A stretch of DNA of 64,000 nucleotides from an uncultured Candidatus Saccharibacteria bacterium (GCA_964437185.1 CAYTFU010000001.1:26304-90303), one strand, 5' to 3'. Positions 9,533-19,233 are shown, numbered from the stretch's first letter. Notes: a model not told the origin generated them from the letters alone. Made by a program: numbers and translations.

Positions 9533-10630
9533 CTACGACCTCCACCCAATGTGTTTCAGATAATCCGAAAACTCTGGAGACATTTCGGCAAGCACAGAGA
9601 TTTGCCGCCTCATGAAATTCGTAGCGGGTCGCTCTTGCATATCGAGCACATCTTGACCAACACTCGGCAACCCAGATGCACTGTCGACAAAGTCCTGCAG
9701 TATTGATTTTATTCTCTCATCGCCTGCCGAACCTGCTCGAGCAGAACGGACCGCGGCGTAATGCAATAGAAACCTCAACCTCTGCTCTTGCGTGAAATTA
9801 CTCTCCGCATCAAGAGCCTCCATCAGCGCAATTGTGCGCTCATACGATTCGTCGATAATTCTGTGTTCCGTTTCTGGAAAATATAGTGAGATCGTCCCAA
9901 AGGCGATTGAGCGATTTCTATACAAATGCACCTCCCTTATTTTCGGCATTGTTGAAGTCCCGGTAGCGTCTAGCAAGCTATCGCCAGCAGCTACTAGTTC
10001 GCGTATAACTGCCGCAACCTTGAGTTGCTCTGAGCTCTCTACGTTCACGCCTTGCTCATGAAGCTTCTCAGCCAGAATGACTGCCGTTCTAAAGTTCGCG
10101 AAGGGCGTCGGGTTGAGCGCGTTTGAATCCTTAAGAAGGAGTAGTGTCGCTTCTCTTACATCCCCCCCGGCTTGGGTCAAGTACGCATTATAGGGAGGAG
10201 TATCAAACACGAGTTGCGTGAGATTTTCATTGTCCCCTGCAATACGATACAGACCACCGAATCCGTTATACACCCTCGCTTTAAGCTGATCATCGATGCG
10301 AGGACTTGCGGTTATGTCCTTCAAAATGGCAACACCATTCTGGGTATCATCTCCCTCAGATCGACTGAGCAGCGATCGAGCGAGAAAGCTGTTGGCAGCA
10401 CGCGATTCTCGGTCTGTCGAAGATACCGCCACGGCTTGAGAGCTGTACGCGACGGCCTCTGCGAAATCTCCCTTTCGATAAGACGCGTCTGCAGATCTCA
10501 TCAATGATAGAAACCTCTGCGCATGATACTGCGTGTACCCTACATACCCCCCTATACCAACGACTAGAAACACAGCCACCACAACGAGCGGAGAAATGGG
10601 CCTTTTAGCTTGTGGTGATAAATCGCTCAT
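9533..10630 (-). CDS. hypothetical membrane-anchored protein
   Basis: Long ORF 9533..10867; the likely true start is MSDLSPQAKRPISPLVVVAVFLVVGIGGY (single TM helix). The rest is a soluble domain with no recognised motif. Confidence 0.45.
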   Translation of the reverse strand: MSDLSPQAKRPISPLVVVAVFLVVGIGGYVGYTQYHAQRFLSLMRSADASYRKGDFAEAVAYSSQAVAVSSTDRESRAANSFLARSLLSRSEGDDTQNGVAILKDITASPRIDDQLKARVYNGFGGLYRIAGDNENLTQLVFDTPPYNAYLTQAGGDVREATLLLLKDSNALNPTPFANFRTAVILAEKLHEQGVNVESSEQLKVAAVIRELVAAGDSLLDATGTSTMPKIREVHLYRNRSIAFGTISLYFPETEHRIIDESYERTIALMEALDAESNFTQEQRLRFLLHYAAVRSARAGSAGDERIKSILQDFVDSASGLPSVGQDVLDMQERPATNFMRRQISVLAEMSPEFSDYLKHIGWRS

Positions 10631-10664
10631 TCGTCCTTTAATGCACGATTCCGTATTGCATATG

Positions 10665-10952
10665 TTACAGAGCGCCATCGCTGCCGGCGCCGTCGGTACC
10701 GTCGCCACCACCACCACCGGCGCCGTCGCCGGTGATAGCGCTATCCGCGGCAGCACTGTCGGCAGCACTGTCAGCCGGCGCATCTGCGTGGACCACGGAA
10801 AGACCGGCCTCTCCTCCACCATCCAGTGAAAGCTGCTTTTTCGACGGGAAGAGAACAAGTAACACAAGGAATCCTAGAAAAACCGCAGATGCGGCCACCG
10901 CACCTCTCGCCATGCGCCCCATCCGACCATACGTATTCTGTATTACGATCAT
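10665..10952 (-). CDS. small membrane protein with Gly/Asp/Ser/Ala-rich C-terminus, divergent from ycaO
   Basis: 95 aa with a TM helix AVAASAVFLGFLVLLVLF, then ADSAADSAAADSAITGDGAGGGGGDGTDGAGSDGAL. The gene contains a 12-nt tandem repeat. It overlaps the antisense ORF 10732..11037, so coding status is uncertain. Confidence 0.3.
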   Translation of the reverse strand: MIVIQNTYGRMGRMARGAVAASAVFLGFLVLLVLFPSKKQLSLDGGGEAGLSVVHADAPADSAADSAAADSAITGDGAGGGGGDGTDGAGSDGAL

Positions 10953-11039
10953 GCAGGATTATTCTCTCATAAAATTGACATCCGAGACGCAAATCCTGTG
11001 GACAAGTAACGAGAACCGGGTCCGTCTGCAGCCCTAGGG

Positions 11040-11045
11040 TATAAT
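11040..11045 (+). promoter_or_regulatory. candidate -10 hexamer (TATAAT) 6 nt upstream of the ycaO ATG, implying a leaderless transcript
   Basis: A perfect tataat at 11040-11045 with the ATG at 11052 and no Shine-Dalgarno in between. The -35 is poor (cgggtc). Confidence 0.35.
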
Positions 11046-11051
11046 GCCCTC

Positions 11052-12491
11052 ATGATTTTTGACGGCATCCCCTTTTCCCACCTCTACCAACACAAAAAAG
11101 ATGGGCTCCACCGACGGGTCGTCCCCTTCATTCGATTCCTTGAACAGCGGCTCAATGTCTCGGTATTGGCAGATCGAAAAGATTTTCCGTACGAGCGTCC
11201 TGACCTCGCAGAGCAATTCTCCCTCGCGCATATCCTGAAACAAAAGGGGATCATTAAGTCATTTAGACCTCAACAAGCGCTGTGCGACGAGCCTCCCATA
11301 AAATCTTGGATGTGCGAGTACACATCCCCCATTCGGTCTGTTACTGCTGGCGCATCCATAGACAGCGATGAGGACGCGCTAACTGCGGCTCTTGCTGAAG
11401 GGCTTGAGCGATACATCTGGATTACGCAGGATGACTATTTCAAGCGCCCGATCCGAGCATCGGTACAAAAAATCGCCTCTTATGGAAAATATATAGATCC
11501 GCGACAATTTGTGTCATTCTCAGAAGCACAACGAAAGGCTGATTCCAAACTGACGATAAAGGAAGACTCGACCTACATGTGGATTCGGGCACGTTCTCAT
11601 ACCGACAACAAAACTGTGTACGTTCCAGCGCAAACGATAAGCTCTGCATGGCGCCCATTACAACAAACCCCCGCAGAGCCCTTGATACGTCAACAATCAA
11701 CCATAGGACTGGCTACCTGGCCGACACACAAAGGGGCCATCCTCGCGGGTGCCCTCGAAGTGATCGAGCGCGAGGCATACGCCATTATGTGGTTTAATCA
11801 ACTCACCGTACCGCGAATATTGCTTCTCCCACTTCAGGAGGAAAATGCCCCCCTCAACGCGCTGGTAAAAAAATGCGAGCAATATCAGCTGCGCGTACAC
11901 GCCCTTCAAATGCCCACCGACGCGCCCGCTCACGCCATCGCAGCCATACTCGAGGATATCTCTGGGCACGCGCCTCGTTTTGCTATAGGCCTCAAGGCGC
12001 ACCGCTCATTGCCACAGGCTATAGAAGGAGCGATCTTGGAAGCACTGCGTGCTCGGCGCGGAGCGCGAAAATTCGTCGCCACTGGTCCATGGGACGGAAC
12101 CACGCCCATTGAAAAAATCGGCCATCGCGAACGTCTACACTATTGGGCAGATCCCAAAAACTCCGAGCGTCTCTCTTTCTTAATTGGGGGTGCTGAATTT
12201 GATTACACAAAAACACCCTGGGAAAATGATACTGAGACAGAGCACCTCAATCGAGTACTCGATTGGTGTAGGGCCAATGATTTCACCTGCGCCTCTGTGT
12301 CGCTCGGAGACTCAAAGGCCAACCCAACGCCTTGGTATATTGAAATGGTCGTGATACCAGAATTGCACCCAATACATTTGACTGAGCCCATGAGACACCT
12401 CGGTGGCATGAGGTTGAAAAACGTACCTAGACAATTGGGATTCACTCCTCGTGATACCCCCTTTATTGACGCTCCGCACCCCTATACATAA
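11052..12491 (+). CDS. ycaO: YcaO-domain protein (ATP-dependent cyclodehydratase / amide-activating enzyme)
   Basis: SPIRSVTAGASIDSDEDALTAALAEGLERY closely matches the E. coli YcaO ATP-binding region (KGATK..ALASALGEYFERL). The second motif IGLATWPTHKGAILAGALEVIEREAY matches SNGLA.GNT..EA...GL.EVIERD. The C-terminus is Pro-rich (DAPHPYT). Confidence 0.8.
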   Translation: MIFDGIPFSHLYQHKKDGLHRRVVPFIRFLEQRLNVSVLADRKDFPYERPDLAEQFSLAHILKQKGIIKSFRPQQALCDEPPIKSWMCEYTSPIRSVTAGASIDSDEDALTAALAEGLERYIWITQDDYFKRPIRASVQKIASYGKYIDPRQFVSFSEAQRKADSKLTIKEDSTYMWIRARSHTDNKTVYVPAQTISSAWRPLQQTPAEPLIRQQSTIGLATWPTHKGAILAGALEVIEREAYAIMWFNQLTVPRILLLPLQEENAPLNALVKKCEQYQLRVHALQMPTDAPAHAIAAILEDISGHAPRFAIGLKAHRSLPQAIEGAILEALRARRGARKFVATGPWDGTTPIEKIGHRERLHYWADPKNSERLSFLIGGAEFDYTKTPWENDTETEHLNRVLDWCRANDFTCASVSLGDSKANPTPWYIEMVVIPELHPIHLTEPMRHLGGMRLKNVPRQLGFTPRDTPFIDAPHPYT

Positions 12492-12496
12492 AAACC

Positions 12497-13213
12497 ATGA
12501 CTTTATTTATCTCACACATCCATTCCGAGATACGGCGAGCGCGCACTACGAAGCGGGGTGCTACGCATAGCGCGAGAGATGTTCCGAGGGGTACGCACAA
12601 GGAATACGCACGCATGCAGAAGGTTGCCCTTCCTCCACCGAACCCAATACTTGCTCCATTCGGCGAGGTGATACATACAAGGACTTCCTACCGCAATTGC
12701 ACGCACGGCCAGGACGCTGCCATACCCATCGAGACATTAAGTACACTTTTGGGATCAGCACTCAAAAAGCGAGCCGAAGCTTCGAATAGAAACTACCCTT
12801 CGGGAGGAGCACTATATCCGGTCGAGACCTATTTGATCACCGAGGCACTCGACGGATTCGGACCAACCGTATTTCACTACAATCCCACGCACCACGAGCT
12901 TGAAACATTGTGGCCGCTCTCCTCCCGTCTCACCCTCAAAGACCTGGCTCGAAAACCGGATGATCTTCATTTTTCATCGCTCATAGTTTTTACAAGCGTG
13001 TGGAAGCGCTCTTCGGCAAAGTATGGAGACCTTGCCTACACGCACGCACTTCTTGAAGCCGGACATATGTCTGAGAACATACTTCTCACGGCAACTGCCC
13101 TCAACCTTCTCACACGACCAATGGCTGGCTTTTCTGATGAAAAGATAATTGAGATTTTAGATCTGGACCCCGAGGAAGAGCAGCCGATACATACCATCGT
13201 ACTGTGCCGATGA
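12497..13213 (+). CDS. SagB-type (nitroreductase-fold, FMN) dehydrogenase
   Basis: Shows RTSYRNC...PIETLSTLLGSAL and the diagnostic PSGGALYPVETYL, as in the PSAGGLYP motif of TOMM dehydrogenases. The likely start is the internal MQKVALPP at 12614. It lies 6 nt downstream of ycaO and its end overlaps the next gene. Confidence 0.65.
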   Translation: MTLFISHIHSEIRRARTTKRGATHSARDVPRGTHKEYARMQKVALPPPNPILAPFGEVIHTRTSYRNCTHGQDAAIPIETLSTLLGSALKKRAEASNRNYPSGGALYPVETYLITEALDGFGPTVFHYNPTHHELETLWPLSSRLTLKDLARKPDDLHFSSLIVFTSVWKRSSAKYGDLAYTHALLEAGHMSENILLTATALNLLTRPMAGFSDEKIIEILDLDPEEEQPIHTIVLCR

Positions 13214-14862
13214 CTACCACTATGGACTTACGTGCAGAATTACGCGATGCCATAGCCGCCCAAGCATTCGTGCGCGCCTCCGCCCATACGCGCATAATTG
13301 GCGGGGACGAAAAATCCTTGGACTCTTGGATTTTTGACTTCCGAGCGCTCCTCTTGCAGCCCCGATGGCTCAATACCTACGCGGAGATCTTCTGGGATAC
13401 GCATAAAAACCTGTACCCATTCCAGGTCTGTGGAATGGAGAGTGCTGCAATATCTCTGGTCGCCGCCATCGTTATGAAAGGCACAGAACGCGGGACGCCC
13501 GTAAATGGTATCTACATACGCAAATCACGGAAGAGAACGGGCCTTTTACGACAAATTGAAGGTACCCCAAACGACAAGAAGGTTATTTTGGTCGACGACC
13601 TCATCAATTCGGGAAGCACCTTCAAAAAACAAATCGACATCCTATCGCGAAGCCATCTCTCCGTTGCGCATATTTTTGCCCTCCTCGCATTTCGTCCAAT
13701 AGAGGAGTACGGCGCTCTCACATCTCAAGGCATTTCCATCACACACCTATTCACCTTGCAGGATTTCAATCTGCCCCCCGTCAAAAACAAGAAAAACACG
13801 CCGATACAAAACACCTTCGAGACCTTGTGGCACTTCGAAGCTCCCAACCCAAGCTACAGCCTGGTGGTACAAAAGTCCGCACCCGCGATCGACGAGGATA
13901 CCGTCTATTTCGGAAGCGATGCTGGCATTTTCTATGCGCTGGACCAAAAAACCGGAGATATTCGCTGGTCGTTTCGCATCGGAAAATTCCCCGAAAACAA
14001 AGGCATACTTTCGTCCCCAGCACTCCATAATGACCGAGTGTTTTTTGGCGCATATGACGGCACTGTATACGCACTCAAATCCGACACGGGTGCCGTGGCG
14101 TGGAAATATAGCGATGCCGATTGGGTCGGCTCGTCGCCCTGCATTGCGTCAAATCTTAACCTTCTATTTGTCGGACTGGAATTTGGCCTCTGGAACAAGC
14201 GTGGCGGAATCGTGGCCCTCAACATTGAAACCGGCAGTGAGGTTTGGCGACAAAAAATGCCGACACTTACACACTGCTCTCCACTGTATATACCGGAAGA
14301 GAATATGGTGGTCGTGGGGAGCAATAATGCAACAATCTACGCGTACGAGGCTAACACCGGTACGCCGCTATGGCATTGTTATGTCGTCGGTGACGCGAAA
14401 GCTTCATTTGTGTACGATAAATCACGGCGGTGTATTTTATTTGGGACAGTGAACGGACAATTTTACGCAATCTCCGCTCAGAACGGCAACCCACTGTTTA
14501 GTAAAGAAATAACGGGGGGTATGTACTCGACCCCGACTATTGACGGCGACACGACTTACGTCGCGTCCCTCGATAAGTGCATATACGCCATCGACATGAA
14601 CACGTGGACCGATCGCTGGACGTTTGAGACAGGCGGGCGGATCTTTGCCTCGCCCATAGTACTAAATGGACATGTGTGGATCGGCTCAAACGACGGAAAA
14701 CTATATGAGATTAACGCGGCGAGCGGCAAGCTAAAAAGTTTTTTCCAAGCAACCGAGAGGATAGTTAACAGAATTGCCCATAATGAAAAGACGGGGGTAT
14801 ACTTCGTGCCAACGCAGGCAAATGAGATGTATTGCCTTCGCAAGATTCCTACGGTGGTATAA
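13204..14862 (+). CDS. fusion protein: type I phosphoribosyltransferase (OPRTase-like) domain plus PQQ-type beta-propeller
   Basis: The N-terminal ~200 aa carry KKVILVDDLINSGSTF, the PRPP-binding loop, and an OPRT-like F.F..L.. element. The C-terminal ~350 aa carry about 7 PQQ/BamB-like blades (TVYFGSDAGIFYALDQKTGDIRWSF, GTVYALKSDTGAVAWKY ...). Its start overlaps the SagB stop, suggesting translational coupling. Confidence 0.6.
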   Translation: MPMTTTMDLRAELRDAIAAQAFVRASAHTRIIGGDEKSLDSWIFDFRALLLQPRWLNTYAEIFWDTHKNLYPFQVCGMESAAISLVAAIVMKGTERGTPVNGIYIRKSRKRTGLLRQIEGTPNDKKVILVDDLINSGSTFKKQIDILSRSHLSVAHIFALLAFRPIEEYGALTSQGISITHLFTLQDFNLPPVKNKKNTPIQNTFETLWHFEAPNPSYSLVVQKSAPAIDEDTVYFGSDAGIFYALDQKTGDIRWSFRIGKFPENKGILSSPALHNDRVFFGAYDGTVYALKSDTGAVAWKYSDADWVGSSPCIASNLNLLFVGLEFGLWNKRGGIVALNIETGSEVWRQKMPTLTHCSPLYIPEENMVVVGSNNATIYAYEANTGTPLWHCYVVGDAKASFVYDKSRRCILFGTVNGQFYAISAQNGNPLFSKEITGGMYSTPTIDGDTTYVASLDKCIYAIDMNTWTDRWTFETGGRIFASPIVLNGHVWIGSNDGKLYEINAASGKLKSFFQATERIVNRIAHNEKTGVYFVPTQANEMYCLRKIPTVV

Positions 14863-14870
14863 TTTGTACG

Positions 14871-16280
14871 ATGCTGCTGCAGCTACAAAGTCTCCTGCGC
14901 AAGACACAAATTGCTTTAGCTCCTACACTCAAAGCATACAAGCGAATCTTCAGACTCCACGAGATCGAGGAGTCGCTCGTGCTTAAGTCATCGCTCGGAG
15001 CGATTCTCTTTTTCTTTTTCCTCACGTTCCAAATGTGGATGCGCTCTAGCTCCACGACATTAAGCACGGCAGCGGCAGGAAAAGCTGTGTGCTGGCCCTA
15101 TTTTCAAAATTGTTCAGATCTCTACTTCCTAGAAACATTCCCGAGCAGCTATTCTCAGTCTCTATGGTACATGGTTCTGTTTGGAATAATGCTCTCGGTC
15201 GCTTACGCCATGTGGCGGAAACACTGGACCGTCGCACACCTTCTACTGGTACCGCTCCTCCTGTGGAAGGTGTTTTCGATATTTGTGCTGAGTTATACGA
15301 TGAACGGCCCATACGATTACTACCACGTCGTCTTTACGGTCATTTTCCTATTTCTACCCTACAAAGAATATTTTTTGAAGCTCGCGGTAGTCATTCTCTA
15401 TTTCTTGTCGGCAACGATCAAACTTCATTCGACATGGGTTCTTGGTACGTATTTCTCGGCCCTACAAACCGGCCTCCCCCTCTTCCCCGATTCACTCATC
15501 CCTCTTGCTACTAATCTCGTTATATTTGAACAAATTGTCGGTGCATGGTTTCTACTTTCCAGAAATCTGCTCTGGCAGCGAATATCGCTTGCGTTCTTGA
15601 TATTCTTTCATCTCTATTCCGGAATTTTTGTCTACTATCACTATCCATCGGTTATTCTTCCGCTTCTTATCATCCTTTTTGGTCCTCTTTATACATACAC
15701 GTCGCCACCCACGGACCGGAAATCAATTCCGAGTTGGATATTTGTGCTGATGGTTATGCTCTTCCAGGTCCCTGGACTTATCATCCCCTCACCTGGTGAT
15801 CGACGGATGACACTCGAAGGCAACCGCTACGGAATGTTTATGTTCGAGGCAAATCATCAATGCATTGCAACTATTACGACCGTACGCAATGATCGCGCTG
15901 TCGCTGGGACCATCGATAAGCCGATTACCGAATCACCCTTCTCTTGCGGAAGATTTTATTGTGTCACCCGAAAAACTCAGTACCAAAACGGCGCAAATGC
16001 CGTCACGACGACACGGCATGAGGCGGCAAGTGCCTGGAATCGGTGCGACCCACACACATTTTGGTCCCAGTACCACACTCAGTGCGATAGGGACGCCGGG
16101 ATTGTTCGCATTGGAATGACCTTCGACCATTCGATCAATGGTGGTCCATTCTATCGAATCGTCGATACCTCGAACATATGCGATTTGTCATACTCCGCTG
16201 CTTCACACAATGAATGGATAGCCGTCCCACCCGCGGCGAAAATCGTGGGATACCCTGTTAAAAATTTCTATCAATTTTGA
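14871..16280 (+). CDS. polytopic membrane protein, paralogue 1 (possibly HTTM / vitamin-K-carboxylase-like fold) with Cys-containing C-terminal domain
   Basis: About 8-9 predicted TM helices. It is a paralogue of the gene at 19326..20732 (shared RLHEIE, LEGNxYGM/LFMFEANHQCI, RCDP, FDHSINGG). The track start 14832 overlaps the upstream gene; MLLQLQ at 14871 is the likely start. Confidence 0.4.
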   Translation: MLLQLQSLLRKTQIALAPTLKAYKRIFRLHEIEESLVLKSSLGAILFFFFLTFQMWMRSSSTTLSTAAAGKAVCWPYFQNCSDLYFLETFPSSYSQSLWYMVLFGIMLSVAYAMWRKHWTVAHLLLVPLLLWKVFSIFVLSYTMNGPYDYYHVVFTVIFLFLPYKEYFLKLAVVILYFLSATIKLHSTWVLGTYFSALQTGLPLFPDSLIPLATNLVIFEQIVGAWFLLSRNLLWQRISLAFLIFFHLYSGIFVYYHYPSVILPLLIILFGPLYTYTSPPTDRKSIPSWIFVLMVMLFQVPGLIIPSPGDRRMTLEGNRYGMFMFEANHQCIATITTVRNDRAVAGTIDKPITESPFSCGRFYCVTRKTQYQNGANAVTTTRHEAASAWNRCDPHTFWSQYHTQCDRDAGIVRIGMTFDHSINGGPFYRIVDTSNICDLSYSAASHNEWIAVPPAAKIVGYPVKNFYQF

Positions 16281-16558
16281 TATGGAACCAGCAACGACCA
16301 CAAACCTCATCGTGCTCAAACAGCTCGCAGGCAACGACCCTGTGACGCTCTACCCAATACAGATCATGATGGAACCGCATGTCGATCTAATCATCGCTGC
16401 CTGGACCGCCCTGTGGTTTACCACACTGACTATAGTGCTCTACAAACTCTTTCGAGAGTGGCGAAAGCGGCATTCGTAGGGCTCTCGCGCAGCTGCGATC
16501 CGCATCGTTTTCAGCACCCCCATCCATGGGTGCCAAAATGCCCAAAAGCGTTGATTAG

Positions 16559-17602
16559 TTAACAACGGGTTCGCGCTAAAGCGATTTTCATTCGTATATT
16601 TTGTAAAAATGTTGCGGGCAAAACTAAGAAACCGCCATCGGGACGCTCGACAGTCCTTGTAGGAAAGATTCGAGCTGACCTGACGACGTGTTTGCAGCAT
16701 TGCAGGACAGCTATCCCGCCACCCCCGATTTGGACGGCGTCGTAAAGCCGCGAACTCTTATGCACTATTGATGAGATTGCGGGATCGTACAAAAATGGCC
16801 CGAGACCGTGGAATACAAAAGCATTGTGTATCTTGCCAAAGGATTGCAATCTGTGAGGATGGTGCCCGAAGACTACATCGGCACCTGCGTCACGCGCTAC
16901 TGCCGCAAGCCGCTCTTGATGTGCGTCCGGCGTGAACTGAGCCGGAGCTAAAAAATTAGCCATTATGTGGAGAGATACGAATACTAAGTCTGCGCTTTTT
17001 CGTGCGTACTCAATCGCATTATGTATATTTTCTTCGGTAGCCCTTGAAACACACGGCGCACCGCTTGCTGAATAAAACCTTTCCGGCAACATGTCGGTAA
17101 ATGCCGCGAATGCTATCGTCGCGTTTTTTACGCGAACAAAACGTACCGCCGATTCTATATCGCCTACTCCCGCGTGTTGGATGTGATGTTCATCTAAGTA
17201 TTTAGTCGTTTCCTGTATTCCTTCGTGTCCGTAGTCGGCAATATGATTATTACTTAACGAAAGAACGAGATTAGGATGTAGATCCGAAAGAAAGGCAGCC
17301 TGTGTGCGGGTAAATCCTAAAGTAAAATGCTCGGTCAATCCCTTATCCCGCGGGCGAGAGCGCTCGTACACGCATCCCTCAAAGTTGGCAAACACCGCGT
17401 CAGCCTCCTGCAACCGAGTCAGAAACTTACCGAAATATCGCAGCGCGACACCTTTATTTGCCCCGAATCGAGACCGCATCAATCGGCTGCCCAACACAAG
17501 ATCCCCGATCAAAGCAATATCAAAGGTCTCGTTACACTGCGAGCAATCCCACCCCGTCATCGTCGGTCCCGAAAATAGCATGCGTAAAAGATGGTAGCAC
17601 AC
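16559..17602 (-). CDS. CapA/PgsA-family metallophosphoesterase (poly-gamma-glutamate capsule synthesis-like)
   Basis: Family motifs in order: IALIGDLVLGSR, FANFEG, SLSNNHIADYG, VVFGHHPHRLQ, FHGLGPF. Confidence 0.65.
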   Translation of the reverse strand: MCYHLLRMLFSGPTMTGWDCSQCNETFDIALIGDLVLGSRLMRSRFGANKGVALRYFGKFLTRLQEADAVFANFEGCVYERSRPRDKGLTEHFTLGFTRTQAAFLSDLHPNLVLSLSNNHIADYGHEGIQETTKYLDEHHIQHAGVGDIESAVRFVRVKNATIAFAAFTDMLPERFYSASGAPCVSRATEENIHNAIEYARKSADLVFVSLHIMANFLAPAQFTPDAHQERLAAVARDAGADVVFGHHPHRLQSFGKIHNAFVFHGLGPFLYDPAISSIVHKSSRLYDAVQIGGGGIAVLQCCKHVVRSARIFPTRTVERPDGGFLVLPATFLQNIRMKIALARTRC

Positions 17603-17651
17603 GTGACAGACTAACTTCCAATGCCATTAGCGATACGAGCACGCAGGGTCA

Positions 17652-18719
17652 CTAGTAAATCTGCAAATATTCCGGATCACAACGACGCTGTTGGTCGCTC
17701 TCGACGAGGGCGCAGATTTTTGCGGCTTCGGTACGTTTGCGAGCATATACAAACCGATTTGCCGCGAACTGAATGCATCGCTTCTGATAAAGCGGCACGT
17801 CGCTCGCGCTCTCACAAAGAGATACGACAGACTCAGGCCGGAGATTAGCATTTAGACCGACGCTCAGTCCTATCCCTCCATAGCAGGTCTCACGTAAATC
17901 TAGCTGTTTTAACGTGTCACACGTAGAACCAAGACTCGCGAGAACGGAGGGACGCGAAAAAGACTGAAACAGATCGCTATGAATTCGTAGGGGCGATATT
18001 AAAATGCAAACTTTCTTGTGCGCCGTATCTTGCATGGAATCGCATACATCAAATGGATTGTCGCGATTCACTGACCGTCGGTTGCTTCCCATGTCCCCTC
18101 CCAACAAGAACCGCTCATTATACTCCATCATCGCACCTCCGTGACAACTCAAAGTCCAGGGAATCGGCCGCTCTGGCGAGAACTTGTCGCACACTTTCAT
18201 AACCTCATTAATTTTTCCAAGCTCATAGCCAGTCTCGTACACAAGCCCATGGCCAAGCCCGTGGATACACTGTCCAACTCGCCTTTTGCCATTGAGTGAT
18301 CGGCACTGCTCTGCAGCTTGGTCTAGACTATCTGGACCCAACGCTTCTTGCATAAAGCCGACGACTTCGTGCAAACATCCCCAGTCGAAAGCATCGCCGC
18401 ACGATTCTATAGCAAGAGCCCCCTCACGTTCAAAAAGCAGTTTTCCCACAGCGTGACCGATTGCGTGATAGCGCGTGCGAGCTTCATAAACACCCTCCGC
18501 CTTAGCCCATTCCACGAGCGAATCTCCTCCGTGAACCGCGTAGTAACTTTCCAAAACTTTGGAGTTCACTTCGGTGTGCCCATTTACATTCGAACTGAGT
18601 GGATAGAAGAGGTAGGGCCGGTTGACCACAAGATACGCCAGGAAGAGGGCGCAGGTTATGCAAGCGATTAAGAGTATTTTCCAACCGTACCGAAGCAAGC
18701 GCATGAACGCATTATACAA
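17652..18719 (-). CDS. membrane-anchored Cys/His-rich extracytoplasmic protein (possible metal-binding)
   Basis: N-terminal TM helix (ILLIACITCALFLAYLVV). Repeated motifs HAIGHAVG, CIHGLGHGL, SCHGGAMM and about 14 Cys. No recognised family. Confidence 0.4.
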   Translation of the reverse strand: MYNAFMRLLRYGWKILLIACITCALFLAYLVVNRPYLFYPLSSNVNGHTEVNSKVLESYYAVHGGDSLVEWAKAEGVYEARTRYHAIGHAVGKLLFEREGALAIESCGDAFDWGCLHEVVGFMQEALGPDSLDQAAEQCRSLNGKRRVGQCIHGLGHGLVYETGYELGKINEVMKVCDKFSPERPIPWTLSCHGGAMMEYNERFLLGGDMGSNRRSVNRDNPFDVCDSMQDTAHKKVCILISPLRIHSDLFQSFSRPSVLASLGSTCDTLKQLDLRETCYGGIGLSVGLNANLRPESVVSLCESASDVPLYQKRCIQFAANRFVYARKRTEAAKICALVESDQQRRCDPEYLQIY

Positions 18720-18852
18720 ACTTCTCGCCTCAAATAAATCGTCGCGTCATTCGGCCGAGTACAGCGTAGGGGTGCGGAAACGCCAAACAACGGAGCTTTT
18801 TTTGGAAAAAAGCCGCGTGAATTCTGAATCCTGCGAAGCGGGATTACAGAAT

Positions 18853-19233
18853 TTACATCATCTTTACATCGATGGAGACGCCAGATGGGAGATCGATATT
18901 GGTGAGCGCTTCGATGACCTTGGGCTCGGGATTCATGATATCGATCATGCGCTTGTGGATGCGCATCTCAAACTGCTCTCGGGAGTCTTTGTCGATGAAA
19001 GCTGCACGGTTGACCGTGTATTTCTTGATATCGATGGGGAGCGGAACGGGACCAATAACCTCGGCATTGTGACGGGCGGCGACGTCGATGATTTGCTTCG
19101 TCGCTCCGTCGAGCACTCCGTGCTCATAGGCGCGCACGCGAATGCGCAAACGACTCGGCCCTGCCGATTTCTTTGCCCCACGAGAAGCTCGCGCCTTCGC
19201 AGGGGCCTTGGTAACCTTCGATTCCGCTGTCAT
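18853..19233 (-). CDS. rpsJ: 30S ribosomal protein S10, displaced from rplC, with N-terminal extension
   Basis: RLRIRVRAYEHGVLDGATKQIIDVAARHNAEVIGPVPLPIDIKKYTVNRAAFIDKDSREQFEMRIHKRMIDIMNPEPKVIEALTNIDLPSGVSIDVK aligns along the whole of E. coli S10. The ORF extends to 19290 with about 45 extra residues; the start at 19233 (MTAESK) is more likely. Confidence 0.85.
   Translation of the reverse strand: MTAESKVTKAPAKARASRGAKKSAGPSRLRIRVRAYEHGVLDGATKQIIDVAARHNAEVIGPVPLPIDIKKYTVNRAAFIDKDSREQFEMRIHKRMIDIMNPEPKVIEALTNIDLPSGVSIDVKMM

Noticed and set aside
11697-12445. Minus-strand ORFs inside ycaO (11697..12002, 12019..12216, 12203..12445)
   Set aside because: They are antisense to a gene with strong family motifs. 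All are short and motif-less.
18780-18845. Terminator downstream of rpsJ
   Set aside because: A hairpin (aatcctgcgaagcgggatt) and a separate A/T palindrome exist, but the U-run is about 12 nt from the stem and the stem has a mismatch. Not confidently a terminator.
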